Below, piece after piece: positions 19,886 through 30,077 of a DNA stretch of 64,000 nt. This stretch comes from a virus: positions 29,275 to 93,274 of IMG/VR virus record IMGVR_UViG_3300025141_000046; one strand, written 5' to 3'. The notes under the pieces were generated by a model. That model had not been told where the DNA came from, searched no databases, and was given only the letters and a program-made list of their open reading frames with translations. The first letter of the stretch is position 1. Each line of letters starts with the position of its first letter. The position numbers and the translations under genes were made by a program.

Positions 19886-22645
19886 CTATTTCCCTTGATT
19901 TGGAATCTTATAATCTATGTTCATAGGTTTATTCTCTAGTAAGGTTGATGATGTTATTGTTTTTTTAGATATGACATTTCCACCAACCATAACAATGGAC
20001 GCGAAATAACTTATTGTTCCAATAAATTCTTTATTAGTATAATCAATAAACACAATTTTGCCAGTTTGATCACAGTGACATGCGCCGCAGATGAAAGATT
20101 GACCATTTTTAACACATGTAATAATAATATAATCTATAAGATCTAGCGATGTCGGCTCAGAAGAAGTTACTTTGAATCTTAAGACAGGTGAGCCCTCATT
20201 AGATCTCGTAAGTGAAACCCTTGATGATGAAATTATATCATAAGATCCTAATGAAATATTCAAGTTCTTAAAGCTGAAATCTCCAGTATTATACTTTTCA
20301 AAATCATAATCTTGCGTTGCATTAACTGAATTTTCAATTTTTCCTGATGCTAACGCTTTTCCAGAAAAATATTTTTGAATTTTAAAATTATTAAATTGTT
20401 CAATTGATTCTGAAGATAAAGCTGATGGGCCTGCGGAAGGAGGAGAACGGGCGGCTAGTGTAGAGTAAATTGCAGAATTTTGTACCCTTTGAATGTATGT
20501 GGGTATTCTAATCTGGCTCAAGCTGTTAATAATATTACTATTATATGTTTGTGACATTTCAAAATAGTTTTTAATTTGTTCTGGGCTTGCAAGATAAGCA
20601 TTAACATAGTATCGATACTTGTTTCCAACTTGCGGTGGGGTAATAATTGATCCACCATCTACGAAGTCACCAGCTTGGTGGTAACCAAAGAAATCTACTT
20701 CTGAAGTTGTTATATTAACTCTTTTCACTCCAAATACGACCATATCTGAAAGTGATCCTCTAGTTGCAACAATTGTATCACTAAACAAGCTTGCCATCCC
20801 TGACGCCTGTAGTGTGTTATAGACAACGTCAGTATTTGTTTCAACAACAGTATAGCCAATTTTGAATCCAACTGCTATAGAGCCGTTTTTATCTCTTGAC
20901 CTATAAATCTCACCAATATTAACATCTATAGCATTCAAAGGATCAACCCTTACTATAGAAGATGACTGACGAGAAAATTGGTCAGCGCCATTTTTAAAAA
21001 ATAATCTTAACCTATAGTCTATGAGCTTTCCAGGATTTCCAATAGGGTCAACTGTATTGCCAACTCTTCCATTCCTAGCAACTTCTGATTTTTCACTATT
21101 TAAAACTACTACCTCTGGTTCACCGCCTATAGAAAATGATGTTTGATTCGTGTATAGCATAGGTGTATATTCAGTCTCACCCTTTATCTTTCTATAGACT
21201 GTGACGCCAGCAACATCATCAGAGTCAACAAAATATGAAATGAAAACAGCATTTTTTTGGTTAGAAGTGTAAATTCCAGAGTGAACATAGTTAAACATTT
21301 CACCGCATATGGAGTCTCCATTTATATTCATGATCTTTAAGCCTGCAACAGTTTTAGGTATAGATCTTATAATTACCATTTGAGACTTGCTCATATCAGT
21401 AATTTTACTCAGCCTGTAGCATTTTTGGTCTTTGATCTCTTTGAAACTAGTTATCTCTGATGTGGGCGAAAATTTTGAACTAGCAAGGCTGGTATCATCA
21501 CTTATTTTTCGCATAGAGAGATCGATTGATGATATTTTTTTATCAATGTTTCCAATTATACAGTTGACATATGAGTAATTACTATTCATAGATTTTCTTA
21601 AAATTGAAATATTTGGTAGTGACTCTGGAATATAATAGTTTTCTATATTTATAGTATGCGGAATTGAAAACTCAAACATTTCAGTAGTCAGACCAGACTC
21701 TGGGTCCTTTGCAGTCACAGAAAAATAAAAAGATTCTAAAGATGAGATTGTATCAGCAAATATCTTAAATACATGTCTAATAGTTTTAATCCTGCCAGAC
21801 TTTTTTTCCATAACGGCAACGCGGCCTGTAGAATTTCCAGGAAGTGAATTGATATCTGAAATATTTGACAGAGATAATGTTTCAAATTTGCTACGCATTG
21901 TATCTATATTTTTGTGTGGTATATTTTTCGGATAAAGATTTTCAATATTCTGTTTATACGCTGGAATTTTTGGAGACGGACTTGACAAGCTGCTTACAGA
22001 AAAGAATGCACTGGAGGGATCAGCGCCTAGTGATATTATTTCTCTATAAATGTCAAAAAATTCTCTATTTGACACATTGTCTGGGTTAAATGTAGAAGAG
22101 GTCTTTATAGCTAGTCTCTGAGAACCTTTATTTTTTCTTTTTTCGCTGGCGGGATCTACAAGTGAAATTTTCGCTTTTTTTCCAAAAAGTTCAATATCTG
22201 ATTTTTTATTAAAATTTCTGCTATTTGTACCTGCGTGTCTAATGTGCGAAATTAGATCTATTTTTCCTGCGCCCAGTGTTTTAGTTTTCTTGTCATATTT
22301 TAGTGCCTCATAAGATTCAGAAGTACCACCGTAGAGTGCAGCCATAACATCACTTGCAGCTCTGCTTTCTAACTCTACGAACATTCCCGCTCTTTTTTTA
22401 ACAGGTGACAGCAGTATTGAAAAATCAAGGTATTGAATATTAGACTCTATTAACTTTCTTAAGTCAATATTGAAAAATACCTCATACGTGATTGATTTTC
22501 TATCGGGTGCAGGTTCAGTTGTTTCAACGCCATTCCGAATGATAACTTTGTCAGACTTGATTTTTTCAATATTGACTATCCGGGAGCTTTGACCTGCATA
22601 TGCAGAAAGAATTCTAGTTTTTTTTGTGGGTACTAAGATTGCCAT
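19886..22645 (-). CDS. Large hypothetical protein (919 aa), probably structural with Ig/FN3-like beta domains
   Basis: VAGVTVYRK, DYRLRL, FVDGG...GNKYRYYV and FIDY...ISYF are FN3-like strands; position in tail block. Confidence 0.55.
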   Translation of the reverse strand: MAILVPTKKTRILSAYAGQSSRIVNIEKIKSDKVIIRNGVETTEPAPDRKSITYEVFFNIDLRKLIESNIQYLDFSILLSPVKKRAGMFVELESRAASDVMAALYGGTSESYEALKYDKKTKTLGAGKIDLISHIRHAGTNSRNFNKKSDIELFGKKAKISLVDPASEKRKNKGSQRLAIKTSSTFNPDNVSNREFFDIYREIISLGADPSSAFFSVSSLSSPSPKIPAYKQNIENLYPKNIPHKNIDTMRSKFETLSLSNISDINSLPGNSTGRVAVMEKKSGRIKTIRHVFKIFADTISSLESFYFSVTAKDPESGLTTEMFEFSIPHTINIENYYIPESLPNISILRKSMNSNYSYVNCIIGNIDKKISSIDLSMRKISDDTSLASSKFSPTSEITSFKEIKDQKCYRLSKITDMSKSQMVIIRSIPKTVAGLKIMNINGDSICGEMFNYVHSGIYTSNQKNAVFISYFVDSDDVAGVTVYRKIKGETEYTPMLYTNQTSFSIGGEPEVVVLNSEKSEVARNGRVGNTVDPIGNPGKLIDYRLRLFFKNGADQFSRQSSSIVRVDPLNAIDVNIGEIYRSRDKNGSIAVGFKIGYTVVETNTDVVYNTLQASGMASLFSDTIVATRGSLSDMVVFGVKRVNITTSEVDFFGYHQAGDFVDGGSIITPPQVGNKYRYYVNAYLASPEQIKNYFEMSQTYNSNIINSLSQIRIPTYIQRVQNSAIYSTLAARSPPSAGPSALSSESIEQFNNFKIQKYFSGKALASGKIENSVNATQDYDFEKYNTGDFSFKNLNISLGSYDIISSSRVSLTRSNEGSPVLRFKVTSSEPTSLDLIDYIIITCVKNGQSFICGACHCDQTGKIVFIDYTNKEFIGTISYFASIVMVGGNVISKKTITSSTLLENKPMNIDYKIPNQGK

Positions 22646-22646
22646 T

Positions 22647-23816
22647 CTAATCCATTATTATAGTAAATAAGTTAACAAATGATGGTAAACCGATTGAATT
22701 TATAAATATTTTACCCACAAAAAACACATCTTTTTTAGGATGGGCAACAGAATCTGTGTCATTAAATGTTCCATAATTTATAACATCGAGCTTTGTTAGC
22801 TTTGAAGACATTGAATCCAATTCAAACATTTGCATTACAAGATTATTTGTATTAGAAGTTTTATTAAAAAAGACTGATACTCTCTCTCTCGGTAATTCAT
22901 CTGAAGATATGTTAACAATTGATGCATTTACATTTGATGATGCAAGACCAAGTGTGCCTAGAGAGTTGAGTTGAAGATACGGTGCTGGGAGAATAGACAC
23001 GGACGGTGATATGTCAAAATCAGAATCTGGATCACCTGAAACTGCAACTGAGCCTGATTGATCAGTGAATATATTCATGTGTCTTAATATTCTACTAAGC
23101 GTTAGAGGATTTGGCCTGTGATACCTCGTGTAATCACCAAACTTCTTTGTCCTCGGAGGATTTGAAGGCACTTGACTTTCTGATGTGCTTAAAGGCTCAG
23201 TAAGCGGTGGGAGATATTTGAAGTTTATTGCATCTGATAGTCTCATGTCAAAAAATAAAGGCTCTAGATAATCGACATTTGTCGTTGCTGAAGAAATTCC
23301 TTCAATGAATGGAAACTTATTATTCATTGTAAAGCTATATCCCGAAGGCTGTATTTCCATTTGGAGATTGTGAGCTTCGTTTGATTCACGAGTACCTAGA
23401 GAGTATAGATTTTTGAATCTATCTATGGAAGAAGTTATAATTCCCTCTGCGACACTAGCAAATCCTGTTGAGTTTCCTGAATTTGCATACGTCAGTGTAC
23501 CGCTAACAGATGTTCTTCCTGAAATCACACCGTCAGTATTGTAGAATTCACTTCCCTGTACGGGATATCCCAATAGTTTACCGCTATCATCAGATTCCAT
23601 AACAATTGAGTCATTAATACACTCTGTCGGGGATTCAAAGTAAAGCCTAACAGTTGCATCAGCTGATCCACTAGCTGCTGAAGCTTCATAGTATGTGTGC
23701 TTATCTGAGACACTTGCAAATACGGACCTCAAACCTCCGTTCGCTATCTGTCGCTTTCCCTCTTGAGTTATCACTGCATCGATAACTCTAACTTTAGAAT
23801 CTAATATACCAGACAC
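22647..23816 (-). CDS. Tail/baseplate structural protein, N-terminus paralogous to 12964..13671
   Basis: MSGILDSKVRVIDAVITQEGKRQIA aligns by eye with MGFLDHSTNNIILDAVLTDKGRELLA; GTG start. Confidence 0.65.
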   Translation of the reverse strand: MSGILDSKVRVIDAVITQEGKRQIANGGLRSVFASVSDKHTYYEASAASGSADATVRLYFESPTECINDSIVMESDDSGKLLGYPVQGSEFYNTDGVISGRTSVSGTLTYANSGNSTGFASVAEGIITSSIDRFKNLYSLGTRESNEAHNLQMEIQPSGYSFTMNNKFPFIEGISSATTNVDYLEPLFFDMRLSDAINFKYLPPLTEPLSTSESQVPSNPPRTKKFGDYTRYHRPNPLTLSRILRHMNIFTDQSGSVAVSGDPDSDFDISPSVSILPAPYLQLNSLGTLGLASSNVNASIVNISSDELPRERVSVFFNKTSNTNNLVMQMFELDSMSSKLTKLDVINYGTFNDTDSVAHPKKDVFFVGKIFINSIGLPSFVNLFTIIMD

Positions 23817-23838
23817 TTTTCACCCGTCATGTTATCTA

Positions 23839-23867
23839 ATTATACTATTTAAAAAATTATTTGAAAA
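23839..23867 (-). promoter_or_regulatory. Putative sigma70-like promoter
   Basis: Minus strand TTTTCA-N17-TATAAT in the intergenic gap; very AT-rich context, so a chance match is possible. Confidence 0.35.
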
Positions 23868-23877
23868 TATGAATTTT

Positions 23878-24573
23878 CTATTCAACTGATTTACTCTCTA
23901 TCTCTTTGATTAAATTTGATATTTCAATATCGCTAAGCTTTGTTTCACCCATCCTTTCTAAGAATGCAGATATAACTTTAAGTCTAATATGGGATAATCC
24001 AAAACTTTCCCCCCACACCCAGGGAAGAGATGCTTCCATCTTTGAAATTTTATCTTTTGTTATTTTAATTCTTTCACCTAGCTTTTTGATAATAATCGGT
24101 GAATCAATATCAACATCTATATTTAGATCTAGCGCGAGATCAATTAGGCTATCGTAAGATTTTCTCTCCATGATAGTAGCAGCTTCTTGAAATATTTTTG
24201 ATGATTCATTGTCATGATTTTCCTTTGTAATGTCTGGGTGGGTTCTTCTAGCTATTTTTCTATATAGCTTTTTTGCCCAATTTGGTGTGTGTTTTTCTGG
24301 AGTATTTTCTTCAATATTATTAGATATATTTTCCCCATTGGGTGGGGGAGTAAAATCTACTATTTTTTTTGTATTTTGCTGTATAGATTGTGACTTTTCA
24401 ATATCATTGGTATCCTGTAAAAGTTTATCAAGTATTATTTTTTTATCCCTTGCCCATTCATTCTCATATTCTGATAGGATTTCGGCCATGTCTACGAGTG
24501 TTGATCTATAGAAGCTAAGTTGAGATTTTAAATATCTGATTTTTCTTTTTTGATTTCTACTCTTTAATGACAT
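23878..24573 (-). CDS. J-domain-like (DnaJ HPD motif) protein with N-terminal coiled coil
   Basis: AKKLYRKIARRTHPDITKENHDNESSKIFQEA: basic helix II, HPD, helix III with F. Confidence 0.7.
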   Translation of the reverse strand: MSLKSRNQKRKIRYLKSQLSFYRSTLVDMAEILSEYENEWARDKKIILDKLLQDTNDIEKSQSIQQNTKKIVDFTPPPNGENISNNIEENTPEKHTPNWAKKLYRKIARRTHPDITKENHDNESSKIFQEAATIMERKSYDSLIDLALDLNIDVDIDSPIIIKKLGERIKITKDKISKMEASLPWVWGESFGLSHIRLKVISAFLERMGETKLSDIEISNLIKEIESKSVE

Positions 24574-24613
24574 TTCTTAAGCTGCCCCTGTAGAAATATT
24601 TAGGTAATTTATT

Positions 24614-25096
24614 CTATGCCTCCTTCTTTTTTCTCTTTGTTTTTTTATTTTTTTCTCTCGATTTGATTTCGACTTTCTCTTCTTGTTTGGCCTCTCTAAC
24701 TTTTAGCTTATTTTCCGGTCTAGATCCAATTTTTCTTTTTTTGCCCGGTTTTTCAGATTTGTCGCTGATTGACGCCGACTGTTTCTTCTCATTTTCACAT
24801 GAAGTATAGATATCAGCTGCTTTTTCGTAGGCAGTAATTGTTACAATAATATTAGACTCAACCTTGTCAAGATACTCAAATGATTTTCTAATAATATTTG
24901 GAAGCTTTGTAAGTGCGGCACCTAGAGATCTTGCAGGACTATCTGGGTGATCATTTGCCTCAGACCTTATTGCCTGATTTATTTCGCTAGTTATAAAATT
25001 AATATGGTGCTCTGAATCAAGCCTTGCAGTTCTTACTTTGTGAAGCTCAGATTTCATATCGTGTAAAATATCTTCTACTTTATGTAAAAAATCCAT
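24614..25096 (-). CDS. Hypothetical helical protein with Lys/Arg-rich C-terminal tail
   Basis: Likely start MDFLHK at 25096 (AAAGGAG RBS); basic tail KKRKIGSRP...KKTKRKKKEA. Confidence 0.65.
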   Translation of the reverse strand: MDFLHKVEDILHDMKSELHKVRTARLDSEHHINFITSEINQAIRSEANDHPDSPARSLGAALTKLPNIIRKSFEYLDKVESNIIVTITAYEKAADIYTSCENEKKQSASISDKSEKPGKKRKIGSRPENKLKVREAKQEEKVEIKSREKNKKTKRKKKEA

Positions 25097-25129
25097 TATC
25101 ACACTCCTTTTTAAAAAAATCATAAAATT

Positions 25130-25165
25130 ATAAGAAAAAGGGACCCCGAAGTTAATCGGGGTCCC
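25130..25165 (-). terminator. Rho-independent terminator after the 792-aa fibre gene
   Basis: Perfect 10-bp stem GGGACCCCGA / TCGGGGTCCC (25140-25149, 25156-25165), 6-nt loop, followed on the minus strand by TTTTTCTTAT. Confidence 0.88.
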
Positions 25166-25200
25166 AAAGAAATTTTATTTAAACTTCTTATGTGAATTTA

Positions 25201-27579
25201 TTACTGCTGGGCAGTTGTCTTGACAATTATAACATCATCAGGTACCAATTGGAAGGCGAACCTAAGAATGCCAGGATTTGCTGCAGACTGAACAATATAG
25301 TCACCATTTGAAGTCGAGGATCCGGAAGCCAGAAGCTGACCGTTAACAAAGACATCTGTATTTGCAACTGAAACCTCAACCAGGCTGATACCGTTCTCAT
25401 CGTAACCCGTTCTATCAACAAGTGCTGCATCATTCAGCGTGAAGTTTGCGTTTGCAGCAATTGATGACGTAATTACAGCGAGACCTTTAACACCACCACT
25501 AGCAGCGCCAGCGAGTGCATTAAGTGCTCCAACGATTGTGGTGTTATCACTAAACAGAGCCTTTCCGATGAATGTTGTAAACTCACCACCATCAGCTAGC
25601 CTTATTTCATCACCTTGCATGTTACGTGAATCTGCACAACCAAAAGTGATGGCAGAACCAGACATTCCTACACCGATTGATCCAGACAGTCCGACTGAAC
25701 CGAGTAATGATTGCAACTTAATTGCCTCTGTAGAATCTCCGCCTGTGTTAACAACGGAATACTTCTCCAGACCTGCGGTGGCTGAAGGTGCTATAACAAC
25801 TTCGACACCACCAACCTTACCAAGTGACACCCCTTTCTCATCTGGGACACTGATCTGGACACCACCGGCGACGGCGTTGAGCTTAATAGCATCGAGTCCA
25901 GTACCAGCAGTGTTGGTGAGAAGGAACTTCTCACTAGCAGGAGTACCATGAGGTGATAATACCATCTCAACGGCACCAGATTTACCAAGTGCAAGTGTTT
26001 GTCCATCAGCCAGGATAGCACCCATTGTCATTGAACCAGCGGTTGAGTCAAGTGAGACTGCACCGGCTGCATCAAGGTCGAATGAAGTACCAGCATCAAC
26101 ATCAATACCGCCAGCAACTGCAGAGAGCAAAAGAGCATCCGCTGCAGTACCCGCAGTGTTGATAAGCTGCCACTTCTCATTAGCAGGAGTGCCATGAGGT
26201 GAGAATGTCATTTCAACAGCTCCAGCTTTACCAACTTTTACTGTTTGTCCATCCGCTAGGATAGCACCCATTGTTATTGAAGCAGCACTTGAATCAAGTG
26301 CAACAGCACCAGCTGCATCAAGGTCGAAACCGAGAGCAACATCGACATCAATACCACCAGCAGAAGCACCTAGCTTAATAGCATCGGCACCTGTACCAGC
26401 AGCTGTGACTATGACAGATGAATCATTGCCACCAACCTGTGCGATGAGGAGGTCTTGTCCAGCACCACTAGAAGTAACAGTAAGGTTAGCAGAAGCACCT
26501 GCTGAATCGAGTGATACACCCACTGCATCAATAGTAACCGCACCAGAAGCGTCGAGATCGAACGTAGATGAGTTAACGTCAAAAGCAACATCATTTGCTG
26601 TACCAATATTGATACCGCCGCCGCCATCGAGCCATAGCGCTCCTGTGGAAACAGCAGAAAAATCGCCTGCGGCGTCGATGTCGACACCACCAGCAGAAGC
26701 TGTGATATCAATTGCATCAGTACCTGTACCAGCAGAGTCAAGCTGAAGCTTCTGAGCTCCACCGCCGGCAGCAGCAAGAACTAAGCTCTTGGCTGCAGCT
26801 GTAACAGTGAGGTTAGAATCGTCAGTTGCATCTAGTGATAGCGTAGAAGCATCCCATGAACCAGCAGCTGAATTAATATCAACGGCACCTGTCGTGGTAA
26901 TATCAACTTCTGCAGCGTTACCAAGAATCATGACGCCGTTGTGGCCATCAACGGTTGCAACACCTGCTGCTGCGTCTACAATGAGATTTCCAGCTGTTGT
27001 AGTTATGAGTGATGTTGCTCCGCCAGAGATATTGAAATCTGAAGTTGCATCCACGTCAAGCTTTGCAGTTGCGATCTCAACTTCCCCGTCAGCATCAAGG
27101 TCTAGCTGACCGTCTACAGATGAGAAGACCTTGATATTTGAATCTCTGAACTGAAGCTGTTGAGCGCCTGCGTGTCCAATACGAATATTGGCAGAACCAG
27201 TAAGCTGTAGAACGTTTTCACCGTCCTCGTCATACTCAATAGTAACATCCTGGTCATTACCGAACAGAATCTTTTTATCGTCAGCAATGTAGAAATCACC
27301 CCACTCAGCTGTGGCTGAACCGAGGTTTCGTGTACCCACACCGTCTGGAAGTAGATTCTGATAAAATGTACCAGCAGTAGCATTCGTGAAACCGCTTGCA
27401 CCAACTCCATTTTTACCGGATAGGCGACCAATTGCGCCGGCCATCTCGCCGAGAAGGCCTGCAAGATCTGTCTCTACAACTGCACCAGCATCCGCGGCTG
27501 CTGAAGTAGAACCAGAAAAAGCTACATCTACAAGTGATCCTGTCACCTGAGGTAGCGTAATTTGTGAAAAATGTGCCAT
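25201..27579 (-). CDS. Ala/Gly/Asp-rich repetitive fibre-like virion protein (792 aa)
   Basis: Strong RBS AAAGGAG and own terminator; repeated AGTGxDAIxL...AGGxDxD units; C-terminal DVFVNGQLL domain. Confidence 0.72.
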   Translation of the reverse strand: MAHFSQITLPQVTGSLVDVAFSGSTSAAADAGAVVETDLAGLLGEMAGAIGRLSGKNGVGASGFTNATAGTFYQNLLPDGVGTRNLGSATAEWGDFYIADDKKILFGNDQDVTIEYDEDGENVLQLTGSANIRIGHAGAQQLQFRDSNIKVFSSVDGQLDLDADGEVEIATAKLDVDATSDFNISGGATSLITTTAGNLIVDAAAGVATVDGHNGVMILGNAAEVDITTTGAVDINSAAGSWDASTLSLDATDDSNLTVTAAAKSLVLAAAGGGAQKLQLDSAGTGTDAIDITASAGGVDIDAAGDFSAVSTGALWLDGGGGINIGTANDVAFDVNSSTFDLDASGAVTIDAVGVSLDSAGASANLTVTSSGAGQDLLIAQVGGNDSSVIVTAAGTGADAIKLGASAGGIDVDVALGFDLDAAGAVALDSSAASITMGAILADGQTVKVGKAGAVEMTFSPHGTPANEKWQLINTAGTAADALLLSAVAGGIDVDAGTSFDLDAAGAVSLDSTAGSMTMGAILADGQTLALGKSGAVEMVLSPHGTPASEKFLLTNTAGTGLDAIKLNAVAGGVQISVPDEKGVSLGKVGGVEVVIAPSATAGLEKYSVVNTGGDSTEAIKLQSLLGSVGLSGSIGVGMSGSAITFGCADSRNMQGDEIRLADGGEFTTFIGKALFSDNTTIVGALNALAGAASGGVKGLAVITSSIAANANFTLNDAALVDRTGYDENGISLVEVSVANTDVFVNGQLLASGSSTSNGDYIVQSAANPGILRFAFQLVPDDVIIVKTTAQQ
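25860..26330 (-). repeat. Internal tandem duplication, 246-nt (82-aa) period
   Basis: GCTGCATCAAGGTCGAA at 26066 and 26312; protein unit DLDAAGAV.LDS...MGAILADGQT...GK.GAVEM..SPHGTPA.EK...NTAGT..DA occurs twice, plus a degenerate third copy. Confidence 0.85.
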
Positions 27580-27695
27580 TTTTGTTCTCCTTTGTTTGTT
27601 AAAATAGGCTTAGGAAAACAACAAACTTTGAAGACAACAAAGTTAAAATTTTACAATAAATACAAGCAAAGAGAAAGCGAACAATTTTATATATG

Positions 27696-27920
27696 CTATC
27701 GATTATGATTTTTTAGCAAAAGTCTCAAGTTTTTTGAATACATATCATATTTTGTAAATTCTGAGTTTAAATATTCAACTGCGTATGTTTCACACCTGCC
27801 ATCTGTATTTTCAAATAGTATCTCATATGCTCCGCTACTTCGTGATGCAGATATAAGCTTACCCCCTTTTAACATGATGTAAGAGGCCAATCCGATATCA
27901 GAAGTTGAATATTTTTTCAT
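27696..27920 (-). CDS. Small phage protein, DUF5659-like
   Basis: YSTSDIGLASYIMLKG pattern; AGGAG RBS; family call from recall. Confidence 0.55.
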   Translation of the reverse strand: MKKYSTSDIGLASYIMLKGGKLISASRSSGAYEILFENTDGRCETYAVEYLNSEFTKYDMYSKNLRLLLKNHNR

Positions 27921-27940
27921 TAAAATCTCCTCTTGATTAT

Positions 27941-30070
27941 TTAGATGCTAACAACAGTAGTTATAGCATCATCTGTAAGTAGGTCGAAATTAAAGTGGAT
28001 GCTTCCAGTCTTTGCAGTATTTAGTAAATAATCTTTTAAAGATCCACTTAGCAGTAACTGCCCGTTTACAAATACATCTACCTTATTGAAATCATAGTTT
28101 ACATTTGAAAAATTTGCTGATATGTCACAGTCTTGTCCTGCACCTATTGGTGAGTTGATGATTCTGATAGATTTTACCCTTTCCTGATTCTTGAAGCCTA
28201 TTGTAATGCTTCCGTTGGAAGCACTTGATATGTTTATACCGGCGCCTCCAATAAGATAACTAGAGCCGCCCTGGAGCCTTGTTAGAGAACCTGACAATCC
28301 ATCGCTTGCGTGTATCGGCCCTTTAAAGTTGGATCCCCCGTCGGACCCAGTAAAAAATAATGTTCCCGGAGAGCTCAGTGTAATTGTTCTTTTTGTAAGC
28401 TCTGCTGATCCAGACATCTTAAGCTGGCCGCAGGCGCCATTGTGTAGATCAAATAGATCTATAATTCCAGTATAAGATCCAAGCTCTAAAGAGCTGCTAG
28501 CAAATACTTTTACTTTTCCTTTGAGATTCTGAATTCTTGCAACATCACCCAGTTCTGGATTGATATCCAAAGATCCTGTCACAGCTAGTCCACCTGCCAC
28601 CTTCAAGGGAGAGCCTCCATGAAGTGTTCCTGATATTACGACGTCACCACCAAATACTGAGGTGCCTCTTGTTGTAGTTCCTTTTGATCCAGCCGAACCT
28701 GATACGAAGAAAGCAATGTCGGAACATTTTTCTGGTTGTATTGCTGCGCTGTGCATTCCAGAACCTGAAAGAAAAATCACTTGCCTTTTATTGCTATTGT
28801 AATAGTCTCCCATCCTCAAAATTTCTTCAACTGTTGAGCCATTAAACACGTTAAATACTAAATCGTTAGTATTACCTACATGAACAATAGAGGCTCCGGT
28901 GACGCCAGCTGCTCCAGCAAAATCCAAAGTCCCGTCTTCTGCTTGAGCCTCTCTTTGTATTCTAACTCCAGGGTCTGAATCTTTTATATGAAGTGTGGTT
29001 GCTGGTCCATTCAATCCAATTCCAACTCTATTTGTATCACCCCTAATATATAGTGTGTTATCATCGCCGCTTGTCTTGACTTGGAAATCTACGTCGCCGC
29101 CATCGCCAATTATCACAGTATCTTGACTGTGTTCTTTTAGTGTCAGCAATGTTTCATTTCCGGCAGAAAACGTTATTTGATCAGATTCAAATCTTAGAAA
29201 AGTGTCTGGATCGTTTTTGTGATAAAGATACTCACCTAGATGCATGTTGCCTGCAGCACCAAGCGAGCCTGTAATTCCTACGTTTCCAGAAAATTGAGAA
29301 CCCGTCAGTGTCGCAACGACAGAATCCAATATATTCAGTGTGTAAGCATTGCCAGCACCAGCATCAACTGATGCTAAACCAATTCCCGGTGTAAAAACTC
29401 TTTCGTCAGAAAGTGATCCCGTTGCAGATAGAACAAGATATTCAGCATTTGGATCTCCTCCGCTGCCGCCGCCCGTGATCTTATCTTTTACAGATGCTCC
29501 AATATAGAGAAATGCGTCTACATATCTTGGATTCTGGTTGCTATCACCTGTTGCCGGTGGGTCCTGTTGGAAAAATATTCCATTAAAATAGTCAAGATTC
29601 CAATCTCTTGCATCTAAAACTGGTATTTGAGTCTGTACATTACTGGCTGAATGATATGGAATTGATTCATAGTCCATAGAGAATGAAGTGGGAACAAGCT
29701 GTAGAGATCCACTTGTAATGTATATGATCTGACTATTTAAAAAAGGATATGTACCTTTTTTTGAATTTGAAGAGTTTGCCTCATAGTCATCTGGTAGCTG
29801 TAATGAAAACCCATGTCTTCCGCTGGCTGTATCTGTACCTGGAATAAACGAAGCAGATAGCCTTAAATACTCGACAGCACCGCCAGTTGTAGCATATAGC
29901 GATGCCTTGCTCGGATTTGTAGGAATTACATCACCAAATATAGTCTCTGATGATAATGTGAGGCCAGTTGGAAGACCTTCATTTGCAAGATCTTTATCAT
30001 TAGAAGTTTGCGCTTTTCCACTTAACTTCTTAATCGATATATTAATTTTAGTGGTATCTGAAAGTGCCAT
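27941..30070 (-). CDS. Tail fibre-like protein (709 aa)
   Basis: NRVGIGLNGPATTLHI fibre motif, Gly/Ser-rich beta repeats; C-terminal VDVFVNGQLL domain shared with 25201..27579. Confidence 0.72.
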   Translation of the reverse strand: MALSDTTKINISIKKLSGKAQTSNDKDLANEGLPTGLTLSSETIFGDVIPTNPSKASLYATTGGAVEYLRLSASFIPGTDTASGRHGFSLQLPDDYEANSSNSKKGTYPFLNSQIIYITSGSLQLVPTSFSMDYESIPYHSASNVQTQIPVLDARDWNLDYFNGIFFQQDPPATGDSNQNPRYVDAFLYIGASVKDKITGGGSGGDPNAEYLVLSATGSLSDERVFTPGIGLASVDAGAGNAYTLNILDSVVATLTGSQFSGNVGITGSLGAAGNMHLGEYLYHKNDPDTFLRFESDQITFSAGNETLLTLKEHSQDTVIIGDGGDVDFQVKTSGDDNTLYIRGDTNRVGIGLNGPATTLHIKDSDPGVRIQREAQAEDGTLDFAGAAGVTGASIVHVGNTNDLVFNVFNGSTVEEILRMGDYYNSNKRQVIFLSGSGMHSAAIQPEKCSDIAFFVSGSAGSKGTTTRGTSVFGGDVVISGTLHGGSPLKVAGGLAVTGSLDINPELGDVARIQNLKGKVKVFASSSLELGSYTGIIDLFDLHNGACGQLKMSGSAELTKRTITLSSPGTLFFTGSDGGSNFKGPIHASDGLSGSLTRLQGGSSYLIGGAGINISSASNGSITIGFKNQERVKSIRIINSPIGAGQDCDISANFSNVNYDFNKVDVFVNGQLLLSGSLKDYLLNTAKTGSIHFNFDLLTDDAITTVVSI

Positions 30071-30077
30071 TAAATTC

